DNA of 46,337 nucleotides, taken from NCBI GenBank assembly GCA_964632315.1, contig CAZWEM010000039.1:1-46337 (forward strand), in the 5' to 3' direction. Under the pieces are notes generated by a model. The model saw only the letters and a program-made list of their open reading frames with translations, made no database searches and was not told where the DNA came from. Below, piece by piece: positions 29,075 to 37,790 of the stretch. The position numbers and the translations under genes are program-made. This stretch comes from an uncultured archaeon (GTDB lineage: Archaea > Asgardarchaeota > Lokiarchaeia > Sigyniarchaeales > SOKP01). Numbering within the stretch: position 1 is the first letter of the stretch; each line of letters opens with the position of its first letter.

Positions 29075-29578
29075 ATGTCAAAATCATTTAAACGAGCTGA
29101 TTTGGATACTCTGGACAAGCAAATCCTTGGTATCTTACAAGATGATGCGAAAATATCTCTTCGAGAAATTAAGGAAAAAATTAATCTTAGTGAAACAGCA
29201 ATACGAGAACGCATAAAGAAAATGAAGGATGATAACGTGATCCAAAAATACATGACACTCATCGATTGCCGTCAATTGGGATATAGAGAAATGATAATGG
29301 TTTCTTTACGAGTGAATTCTTCCAAATCTTTACGAGAGTTAAAATCTAGGATAGAAGAAATGGATAAAATAAAGTATGCTTATATCATAACCGGAGAATT
29401 TCCTCTTTTCGTAATGGCCAAGTGTCTTGATCATCAAGATTCGTTAAAATTAATTGAAAGCCTTAGAAACCTCCCTGGGGTTGAGGAATTGAAGACACAA
29501 ATCGTCTTAGACAAGATTAAGGAAGATCCATCCATCATAATTCCTGAAGAAGAAGAGGAAGAAGAAGGCAACCAATAA
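29075..29578 (+). CDS. Lrp/AsnC-family regulator, paralog of 12285-12761, divergent from Hdr cluster 2
   Basis: LDTLDKQILGILQDDAK, LIDCRQLGYREM, YAYIITGEFPLF. Confidence 0.95.
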   Translation: MSKSFKRADLDTLDKQILGILQDDAKISLREIKEKINLSETAIRERIKKMKDDNVIQKYMTLIDCRQLGYREMIMVSLRVNSSKSLRELKSRIEEMDKIKYAYIITGEFPLFVMAKCLDHQDSLKLIESLRNLPGVEELKTQIVLDKIKEDPSIIIPEEEEEEEGNQ

Positions 29579-29586
29579 AGGAAATT

Positions 29587-29969
29587 CATGTATTTACTAA
29601 TTTATTTTTAACTAACTCATTTACTTCCTTTATTTTTTCTACCTTTTTTTAAACTTTCCTTTTATGAACTGAGATATTGAATCAGTAATTGATTGTGATA
29701 CTTCATTTGTCTGATCATCATTTAATCTTGCTATATTAGGGAGAGATCTTGTCTAATCTTAAGACTTTCAGCCCATATGGTTTTTACAGGATCATTATAA
29801 ATTATACATGTTTAATTATTCCAGAACCTTCGATATCAGCTAAAAAAGCAATTTTGTTTTCTTAAATCCGGATCTAACCTTGATTTCCTCCAGATTTATC
29901 CCAGCAAGATGGCCTTTTCCTAATTTTATCAGTTAATTTGTAAATGTTTGAAATTTCAAGGGGATCCAT
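29587..29969 (-). pseudogene. Eroded DUF2961/GH172-like gene remnant
   Basis: From ATG 29969: MDPLEISNIYKLTDKIRKRPSCWDKSGGNQG*IRI*ENKIAFLADIEGSGIIKHV*F, matching the DUF2961 N-terminal pattern SSxDxxGGNxD...LADIxGPGxIxHIW, with in-frame stops. Confidence 0.6.
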
Positions 29970-30157
29970 AATACACTCTTCATTTATTGCTATAAATACC
30001 TTAGGATTCCTTCTATGTCATAAATACATACGAATGAGAGGATATAATCAGAATTTTGGAAAATATCGTTTTTTTTACATAGTCTTTCAGGAACAAAATG
30101 AAGAAAATAGCGTAATTAGTGAATAAACAAATCATTAAATTTGAATGGAAAAAAAGA

Positions 30158-30583
30158 TTAGAGGTTACTTAATTTAGAGTAAATAGATAACTTTTTCTGG
30201 AACTTATCAAATATTTCGATATTTTCTTCTGCAAACTTTAATTGATCTTTCTTGTATGCGTCTTCAAAAATCTTCCCAACGATTTTACAGACATCTTTAA
30301 TCTCCTTTTCTTTACCTTTACTAAGAGTTTTATAGAAGATGACAGAATCATTTTTGAGACATTGGGCAAAATTAAAATTTTCATCATTAAATTTAATCAA
30401 TTTCTTTGTTTTCTTTTCTTTTGATTGTTGTGCAATAATAGTTTGTATCTTGGTTAGAGAGACATTTTCCAAGTCAGGAGCTACATAATCGAAATTTGGA
30501 TTTCCCTCAGTTGATTTTATAAAATGAACCAATGGTTCTCCCTTCTTTGAAAAAATCCAAAATTCATCAATTAATGTTGACAT
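30158..30583 (-). CDS. Longin/TRAPP-like small protein
   Basis: IDEFWIFSKKGEPLVHF N-terminal hairpin, then beta-strands and two C-terminal helices (IFEDAY, FDKFQKKL). Confidence 0.55.
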   Translation of the reverse strand: MSTLIDEFWIFSKKGEPLVHFIKSTEGNPNFDYVAPDLENVSLTKIQTIIAQQSKEKKTKKLIKFNDENFNFAQCLKNDSVIFYKTLSKGKEKEIKDVCKIVGKIFEDAYKKDQLKFAEENIEIFDKFQKKLSIYSKLSNL

Positions 30584-30594
30584 TGTTCACGACC

Positions 30595-30927
30595 TTATTT
30601 GTTGTTAGCTGATTCCAATAATATTGTGGTATAGGTCTTATGAACTAACTTAATGATAATATACACAAATAAACCACCAAAAAAATATACAAGAGCGGTC
30701 ATGATGATAATTAGTTCGGTAAGAGAAAAGAACTGGAAAATTATGTTTAATACATATCCAGCTAAAAAAATGACTATTAATGCCTCCCGTAATAACCATT
30801 TCCGAGTTATTTTACTTGCTGGAAATAACTTTTTTATCTTTCTTATAATCACAAGACTATACAAGAAAAAGATAATTCCACCGACAGAAAAAATTAAATT
30901 CAAGTAGAATTCAAAACCTACGCTCAC
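30595..30927 (-). CDS. 3-TM membrane protein, probably co-transcribed with the longin-like gene
   Basis: Three hydrophobic segments; GTG 30927 after GAGGTG; 11-nt gap to the next gene. Confidence 0.65.
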   Translation of the reverse strand: MSVGFEFYLNLIFSVGGIIFFLYSLVIIRKIKKLFPASKITRKWLLREALIVIFLAGYVLNIIFQFFSLTELIIIMTALVYFFGGLFVYIIIKLVHKTYTTILLESANNK

Positions 30928-31111
30928 GAGACACACCTCATAATAAACATAATAAATTTGTAATTATATAAAATAGCAATTTTTGTTATAAAAAGGTTAA
31001 CTTTATACTATAAAATTGCTATAAAATTTTGATCAATGATCCAAAATGTTTATGACTTTTTAAAGGGAATAGCAAAAATCAATAATTCATTTTTTGATTT
31101 ACTTAGATAAT

Positions 31112-31723
31112 TTATCTTTTTTTAGCAATATAATCTAAGATACACGTTCGACGGGTGTTATGATAATTCCCGATAAAATTATAAATTTTTGCGCTATAAA
31201 TGATTTCAAACTCTTGAAAGTATTTATCTGGTTCTCCATCATCAAAATAACTATGATTTGCTTGAAATCCACTGTCATTAGATTTAATCTCTCCTAAAGA
31301 ATTGGCCCTACTTTTATCATATCCTTTATCCTCTTTAGAAAGGAAATTATTGTAGCATAGTCCGCCTTTTTGAAGCACTCTATGAATTTCATTTATTGCG
31401 ACCGCGATATCTTCCTTAGTAAGATGAACCATTGATAAATAGGACATTACAAACCCAAAAAATTCATCATCAAAGGGAATTTCCCGCATGTCACCTTCAG
31501 TTATATTTAGATGAATTCCATGCTTACTAGCGAATTCTCGCGCATTTTTGAGTTGATCAGCATCAATGTCAATACCATATAGCTCATAACCATATTCTTG
31601 AAAGATTGCAATTTTAGGATCGTTTCCACCAACTCCACAATCAAGTATTCTCTTTCTTGAAGGATTTGACTCAGCTATTCGCAAAAAGTTATATATTGAA
31701 TGGGGATAAAATCTTCGTTGCAA
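31112..31723 (-). CDS. Class I SAM-dependent methyltransferase
   Basis: ILDCGVGG, GIDID, GDMREIPF, RVLQKGG. Confidence 0.9.
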   Translation of the reverse strand: MQRRFYPHSIYNFLRIAESNPSRKRILDCGVGGNDPKIAIFQEYGYELYGIDIDADQLKNAREFASKHGIHLNITEGDMREIPFDDEFFGFVMSYLSMVHLTKEDIAVAINEIHRVLQKGGLCYNNFLSKEDKGYDKSRANSLGEIKSNDSGFQANHSYFDDGEPDKYFQEFEIIYSAKIYNFIGNYHNTRRTCILDYIAKKR

Positions 31724-31864
31724 GTTGTATCACGAAATTAAAATTGAATTACTATGATATGAAAATAATACTTACATAATAAAAAAGAGCAAACTATTTT
31801 AAACTAAGTTATCAAACTTATAACTTAAGTCTTAATTTATAAGTTACTTGAAGGATTGAAAAAA

Positions 31865-32569
31865 ATGGCTCTTTCATACATTGGGTGGTTAAGTGGAATC
31901 ACAGCATCAGGAGTCTTCTTGTTTTCGTGCTTGTTTGGCTTATTTTTTATCTATAAAGCAGTGAAAAAGAAATCACGCCTGTTATTCATGCTTGGATTGG
32001 TATATTTTTGTGCTGGACTTGTTTATATCGGAGATACATTAGATTTCATAACAGTATTGACAACAAATGCGAATATTGCTAATCCCATGGTTTTTATAGG
32101 ATTACTTAATTGGATGTGGTTTCCGGGGGCGGTAGTACCAGCCATATACATAGGTGAAGAACTAATCGCTCCGAAGCAGAAATGGATTATAATAGTATAT
32201 TTGATATTAGGAATTGTATTTGAAGTATTTTTATTTCTAGATCCAACTGCTGCAATCACTTTAGTCTATCCTACTACTCCAGGGGTAGATCTAATTAACG
32301 ATAATTTAATCTTTGAGTCGATCCCGTCAATAATAGCGCTAGTCTTTTTGCTATCTATTTTAATCTTATTAGGTTTTGGCTTTTTAAGCAAGGGAATTAA
32401 ATCCTCTGGAGATATTAAGAAAAAGTTCTTTTCCTTATCTGCTGGTGCTTTTATATATACCATTGGAGCAGTATTTGATGGTTTGCTCGCGCCCGACTTC
32501 TATTTGATCTTCGTTAGAGCGGCAATGATACTTAGTGCACTGCTTTTCTATTATGGACTAAAAGATTAA
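31865..32569 (+). CDS. ~7-TM membrane protein
   Basis: Seven hydrophobic segments and no cytosolic output domain; ATG 31865 (alternative TTG 31856). Confidence 0.7.
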   Translation: MALSYIGWLSGITASGVFLFSCLFGLFFIYKAVKKKSRLLFMLGLVYFCAGLVYIGDTLDFITVLTTNANIANPMVFIGLLNWMWFPGAVVPAIYIGEELIAPKQKWIIIVYLILGIVFEVFLFLDPTAAITLVYPTTPGVDLINDNLIFESIPSIIALVFLLSILILLGFGFLSKGIKSSGDIKKKFFSLSAGAFIYTIGAVFDGLLAPDFYLIFVRAAMILSALLFYYGLKD

Positions 32570-32785
32570 TTTTCTATTTTTTTATTTTTCATATTTCTAA
32601 GATATGCATGTTTTTTCGTGAAGTGAAGGTTTCACGAACTAGATTAAAATATCGAGATTTTTTCTTTATATCTTAGCATTAATTAGAAATTCTCATCGAA
32701 AATCCAAGAATCCTTTTATTTATTCGTAGATTTATTAATCTAACACCCTCTATTAGTATAATTTATTTTCAATTAGCCATTAAAT

Positions 32786-33655
32786 ATGAACTACAATATC
32801 CTTGGTAGGACAAATCTCAAAGTGAGTGAAATTGGATTAGGAACTGAACATTTATTTAATCAAGAAAGAGAAGTAGTAGAATCAGTAATAAAAGAAGCTA
32901 TAGAACAAGGTATCAACTATTTTGACGTGTTATTTTCAGTTGAGCATTTTTTAAAAAGAATTGCTCTCGGCTTTAAAGATAAAAGAGACGAGATACTAAT
33001 AACCGGTCATTTAGGGACTTCTGAACTAAATGAGAAACCCAAGAGAAATAGAAATGTAAAAAAGTGCAAGGTTGCATTCTTGAACTTGCTAAAAAATCTT
33101 CAAATAAGTTATGTAGATGTATTAAATATCCAATATGTAAAAGCAAATGAATATGATCAAATTTTTAAAACAAATGGATTATTAGATCTCGCTATATCTT
33201 TTCAGAAAGAAGGTAAGGCAAATTTTATTGGTTTAAGCACCCACGATGTTAATGTCGCAAAGCGAGCAATTGAAACTGAAAAATTTGATATGATAATGTT
33301 TCCGTTTAATTTAGTTAATTATGATTTACCTGGAAGAAAGGAAATCCAGAAACTATGTGAGCAAAATAATGTTGGTTTAATTGCGATTAAGCCATTTGCT
33401 GCAGGAAGGATTTTACAAGCAAATCGTACTGTCAACATCGCAAAATATCAAACTGGAGGAATTAGCATGAAAGTAAAGAATCGGCCCGATATTTCTTCGT
33501 CTATATGCCTTAATTATTTGAAAAAATTGTCGTCAATTTCTGTTATCTTAATGGGAGTAAAGAGTGTAAGAGAATTGAAAAATAATTTAGGTTATTCACA
33601 TATAAGATGTGATGATATAGATTATACACCTTTCATTAATACCTATCAAGGGTAA
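32786..33655 (+). CDS. Aldo/keto reductase
   Basis: LGRTNLKVSEIGLG, GINYFD, IGLSTH, IAIKPFAAG. Confidence 0.9.
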   Translation: MNYNILGRTNLKVSEIGLGTEHLFNQEREVVESVIKEAIEQGINYFDVLFSVEHFLKRIALGFKDKRDEILITGHLGTSELNEKPKRNRNVKKCKVAFLNLLKNLQISYVDVLNIQYVKANEYDQIFKTNGLLDLAISFQKEGKANFIGLSTHDVNVAKRAIETEKFDMIMFPFNLVNYDLPGRKEIQKLCEQNNVGLIAIKPFAAGRILQANRTVNIAKYQTGGISMKVKNRPDISSSICLNYLKKLSSISVILMGVKSVRELKNNLGYSHIRCDDIDYTPFINTYQG

Positions 33656-33694
33656 CTGTTTGAGTATTTTTTTATATTTATCATAAGGAGTAGA

Positions 33695-33827
33695 TAAAAA
33701 TCAGAAATCATGAAAATCATAATGATAAAGATCAGGTCAGTAATTTAACAATTAAGGTAAGGCTTGACAAGAACATATATTTTTTATTTGGGGATAACTT
33801 CTTTGATCTTCATGAATCTGATTTTTA
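33695..33827. repeat. Imperfect ~24-bp inverted repeats about 85 bp apart (MITE-like or hairpin)
   Basis: TAAAAATCAGAAATCATGAAAATCA at 33695-33719 versus TGATCTTCATGAATCTGATTTTTA at 33804-33827. Confidence 0.45.
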
Positions 33828-33959
33828 CGCATAGAAAATACGATACGAATTTATTTAAACAATTTTATTATAACTTAAAAATTAATCAATTTTAGTACGA
33901 TTAAAGGATATTATCCCTAATAGAAATGGTCTAGAAATTATAATCTGGATTAGAATTAA

Positions 33960-34502
33960 ATGAACCCAACTTTTAAAATTACAGGTGAAAGACTGGTACT
34001 AAATAGAGTTTTACACACAAATGATAAAAATATAGAGAAATTAATAGTTAATTATAAAAATTTAAACTGTCCATATCTGAGTTCTGATTATCAAAAAGAG
34101 AACTTAGTAGCTAAAGACTCTAAATCGATACTCATTCACAATGACTCGTTAGAAATGAAATTTTTAATTTATAAAAAAATAGATAAAGATTTCGTAGGTT
34201 TTTGTGGAATAGCATTAGATGGTGAGAATTCAGGAGGAAAGATATTTTACATTTTATCTCCATATCATAAAGGAAATGGATTTGCTATTGAATCTATAAA
34301 ATTGTTACTTAAATTTGCTTTCAACGATTTAAATTTGAATTATGTTAAAGCAGAAATTCCATTTAATCTTAAAAGGGCTTGGAAACCGGTTGAAAGGGCA
34401 GGAATGAAATATTTGGGTGATTTTCAAGTTAAAGATCCGAGTAAGCGATTTTTATTATTTAAAATCGATAAGAAAGAATATTTAAACCAATTATATTATT
34501 AG
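33960..34502 (+). CDS. RimJ/RimL-type GNAT acetyltransferase
   Basis: ERLVL, FVGFCGI, HKGNGFA.E, ERAGMKY.G. Confidence 0.8.
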   Translation: MNPTFKITGERLVLNRVLHTNDKNIEKLIVNYKNLNCPYLSSDYQKENLVAKDSKSILIHNDSLEMKFLIYKKIDKDFVGFCGIALDGENSGGKIFYILSPYHKGNGFAIESIKLLLKFAFNDLNLNYVKAEIPFNLKRAWKPVERAGMKYLGDFQVKDPSKRFLLFKIDKKEYLNQLYY

Positions 34503-34539
34503 ATTTTTGAGAAATTATTTACAAAATGAGAATTTTTTG

Positions 34540-35142
34540 ATGCGTATATATAGCGTTGCTGAAAATGGACCATTGCACGAGAAAAGTAAAATAAATTTCA
34601 ATGAGACCAAGGTTTATCTCATTGATGACATCAAAAATATATATATCTGGCTTGGAAATAAGGCTTCTAACAATAAAAAAAGATTTAGCGAACGCAGAGC
34701 TAATGATTTGAATAAAAGAAGAGAAAAACCCTCAAAAATCATTCCTATCAATCAAGGCAAAGAATTTGGTCCATTTTTAGCTATAATGGACCTTTTAAAG
34801 CGTGGTATGAATGAAGATGATGGAAATTTCCAAAGACCAGAATTAAAAATCCGTTATAAAGATACAGTAGAACTCATAGATGCCGGAATTGACCCAGACT
34901 TTGAAGGAAAAATTACTCTTGATGCTCACGCTCAAAAATCGAAAAATTTGACATATGAAGAACTATGCACTAAATTGGCTAAAATTCAATTGAAGATATT
35001 AAATAGAGGACAAAAAATCACGGATAAAGAGATTAAAGAAAAGTCGCAAGAAATTTTTAAATCCTCCTCAACATATGACGAATTATGTTGGCTAATAGCA
35101 GAACTAACTGATTTATTAAAGAAAAAAGAATTTGAAAATTAA
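34540..35142 (+). CDS. Single gelsolin domain plus helical domain (Asgard 1DGelX-like)
   Basis: FNETKVYLIDD..IYIWLGNKAS...A......INQGKE...F; C-terminal repeats TYEELCTKLA and TYDELCWLIAE. Confidence 0.8.
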   Translation: MRIYSVAENGPLHEKSKINFNETKVYLIDDIKNIYIWLGNKASNNKKRFSERRANDLNKRREKPSKIIPINQGKEFGPFLAIMDLLKRGMNEDDGNFQRPELKIRYKDTVELIDAGIDPDFEGKITLDAHAQKSKNLTYEELCTKLAKIQLKILNRGQKITDKEIKEKSQEIFKSSSTYDELCWLIAELTDLLKKKEFEN

Positions 35143-35149
35143 AAAAGGA

Positions 35150-35512
35150 TTATAAATACATATTAAGCTTATCTATATCCTTTTTGATTAAGGACATGCG
35201 TTTTTCCTGTTCTATTTCCTCCTTGTTTAATCCTTGTTCATCTTCTTCGGAAAGAATTACTTCTTCTTCCTCATATGCTTTTTCAACCATCATACCATAT
35301 CGCATGGCATTTCCTACTAATTCGGGGATGAGAGAGATCATGCTTTTAAAGCTAAATATTCCGCTGAGCTTACTTAATATAGCGATAACTTGTTCAAAAG
35401 TGTCCACCTCAGGACGCTTCATTATGTCCATAATACGTCGAAAGAGTACCTCATAAAAAATCTCTAGTTCTTCGCTATTTAGAGAGTATTCATCTTCTCC
35501 TTCTTCTGCCAT
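35150..35512 (-). CDS. Acidic hypothetical protein
   Basis: Open frame with a GAGGT RBS; no recognised motif. Confidence 0.6.
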   Translation of the reverse strand: MAEEGEDEYSLNSEELEIFYEVLFRRIMDIMKRPEVDTFEQVIAILSKLSGIFSFKSMISLIPELVGNAMRYGMMVEKAYEEEEVILSEEDEQGLNKEEIEQEKRMSLIKKDIDKLNMYL

Positions 35513-35668
35513 CTTCAAACCTCAATATACACAATTATACTATATTAATTATCTTACAATTGTATTCTTAAGTTTAAAATCTATCTAAGGTGCATAACTT
35601 TGTGAATTGCCATAATTTATTCTTTGAATAATAATTACGTTTATTTTGATTTGAATTGATTAAATTTT

Positions 35669-36025
35669 ATGTCAAAAATTGATTTAACGAAATTATTTAA
35701 TGAATGGAACGAATTAAATAAAAAAGTTGAAAGTCATTTTGGAGCCTTAAATTTCACTAAAATAAAAAAAATAAGAAATGAGCAGAAGATTTTAGAAGAT
35801 AGAATATATAATGAACTCTCCAAATTTGCTCCAGATCCAATTAAAAGAACATTACCCGAAGATGTAGGAGAATTAGAAGTGGGATATGATACAGCGAATC
35901 AAATATTTTATTTCGTGATGGTGGATCCTACTTTAGAAGATGATGAAGAATTACGATTATTAGCTATTACAATAAGCACAGAGTATAAGATAGAAATAAT
36001 AGAGAACTTTAAAATTGAAGAATAA
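35669..36025 (+). CDS. Hypothetical protein
   Basis: Open frame filling the intergenic gap; no recognised motif. Confidence 0.6.
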   Translation: MSKIDLTKLFNEWNELNKKVESHFGALNFTKIKKIRNEQKILEDRIYNELSKFAPDPIKRTLPEDVGELEVGYDTANQIFYFVMVDPTLEDDEELRLLAITISTEYKIEIIENFKIEE

Positions 36026-36038
36026 AAAAAATTGAAAA

Positions 36039-37568
36039 TTAAAACTTATCTTCTTCTGCGTACCATTTAGGATACCATTGATAATATTCCTTTGGAAATG
36101 CTTTTTGCAACCCGAGATATGAAGCTTTAACTAAAGCGACCTTTCCTTTTCTGTCTTTATGGGATACTATTAACCTTTGTTCCTCTAAAGCTTCTAATAT
36201 TTTACGTATTGCGGATCTACTACCTCCTATATCTTCTCTTACATCATCGGGGGTCATATATAACCCTGGATTAACTTTATAATCATGGGCTACTACTTTC
36301 AAAACATTTTCTTCATTTGCTTCTATTCCGTAAAATCTTGATTGACGATTAGAGATAACTGGGGCATTAACTTCTTCATTCCATCTAAATCGAATATTTT
36401 CATTATATTTTGGAAGCATTGAGGAAAAGCGATATATAATCATTTTTTGAATCTCATTTGTTCCCGCTACAATTTCACCGATCTTTGCCTCTCTTAAAAT
36501 TCTTTCGACCGGTAGAAATTTAGTAAGACCGTCTCCTCCCAAAACCTGTATTGCCTTAAGCCCTATATCCCGAACAGCTTCTGTATTTATCAGTTTTGAG
36601 ATTGATGCCTCAATCATGGGTTCCTTTCCTTCATCCAAGAGTTTTGCGCAATAATAAGCATATAATCTCGCTGTTTGAGCTTTAGCCAAGATCTCAGCAA
36701 TTTCTTGTTGTACTCCTGGAAATTTAAGTGTAGGTCGATTAAATTGAACTCTTCTTTTAGTGTAATTAAATAAAACTTGGACTACATCTTCATATAAACC
36801 CCCAAAAACAGCAGCGCCAATTAATCGTTCGAAATTTAAACCGGCCATCATTACATTCCATCCCTTTCCAACTTCTCCCACTCGATTATAATCTGGAATT
36901 CTAACATGATCAAAGTCTAAAACACCATTAGGAACGTTATCAAACCCAATTAAAGGATTTACTTTCTCTAATGAGAATCCTTCCCTCCCTTTTTCAATCA
37001 TGAAAGAGGTAATATGGGCATAGCTTTTACGATCTGTGGGATTATCACTAGTCTTAGCATATATGAAATAGCGATCAGATACTCCTGCCCCTGTTATAAA
37101 TCTCTTTTTACCATTTATAACCCACTCATCACCTTCTTTAGTAGCTGTAGTATAAACATTGGCAGCGTCGCTTCCAGCAAATGGTTCAGTTATGCAAAGT
37201 GCTCCTAACTCATCTCCTTTAGCAATTTTAGGCAACCAGTCTTGCTTTTGGGCTTCGGTCCCAAATCTTAAGACTTGCTCCAAACCTGCTAACATGCTGA
37301 CAGTAAATACATGTCCAACAGCATAAAGCCTTCCTAGCTGTTCAGCAACAATGCAGCTCCCCGTGGCACCTAACTCCAAACCTCCATACTCTTTTGGCAC
37401 ACCTGCACCAAAATATCCTTCTTTTGCTACTTTCTTTACCAAGGGCCATGGAAATTTGGTGCTCCAAAAGTAACTTTCTGCTTCTTCGTAATTCTCCTTG
37501 ACAAATTCTCGCACTTTTTTAGAAATTTCTTTCTGTTCTTCCGTGAACCAAAAATATTCTTCACTCAT
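36039..37568 (-). CDS. Acyl-CoA dehydrogenase with a C-terminal winged-helix-like extension
   Basis: CITEPFAGSDA, INGKKRFIT, LNFERL, RVQFNRP, IQVLGGDG, EIVAGTNEIQK; about 125 extra residues at the C-terminus. Confidence 0.92.
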   Translation of the reverse strand: MSEEYFWFTEEQKEISKKVREFVKENYEEAESYFWSTKFPWPLVKKVAKEGYFGAGVPKEYGGLELGATGSCIVAEQLGRLYAVGHVFTVSMLAGLEQVLRFGTEAQKQDWLPKIAKGDELGALCITEPFAGSDAANVYTTATKEGDEWVINGKKRFITGAGVSDRYFIYAKTSDNPTDRKSYAHITSFMIEKGREGFSLEKVNPLIGFDNVPNGVLDFDHVRIPDYNRVGEVGKGWNVMMAGLNFERLIGAAVFGGLYEDVVQVLFNYTKRRVQFNRPTLKFPGVQQEIAEILAKAQTARLYAYYCAKLLDEGKEPMIEASISKLINTEAVRDIGLKAIQVLGGDGLTKFLPVERILREAKIGEIVAGTNEIQKMIIYRFSSMLPKYNENIRFRWNEEVNAPVISNRQSRFYGIEANEENVLKVVAHDYKVNPGLYMTPDDVREDIGGSRSAIRKILEALEEQRLIVSHKDRKGKVALVKASYLGLQKAFPKEYYQWYPKWYAEEDKF

Positions 37569-37790
37569 TTTTTTAACCTTGAAGCTTATAATTGGGAGAT
37601 TTAATTTTTTTTTCATCTAAAAGTTTGGGAAATTTGAAGAAAATTAGATGAGATTTGGAGTAAAAGGTAAAGAATTTATTTAGAACCAATATTCGATGGT
37701 TTAATATTCATGAACATAAAATTAATTTACTACATTTGCTTTATTTTAAGAAATAAATGTCATTTACATCTAATTAAAAAGTGAAAAAAA

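Noticed and set aside
29944-30126. 60-aa plus-strand ORF
   Set aside because: No motif or RBS; it overlaps the start of the opposite-strand pseudogene.
32615-32638. Inverted repeat TTCGTGAA-N8-TTCACGAA (also TTTTAATAAC-N8-GTTATTAAAA at 19360-19387)
   Set aside because: Short, single occurrences with no linked regulator; cannot be separated from chance.
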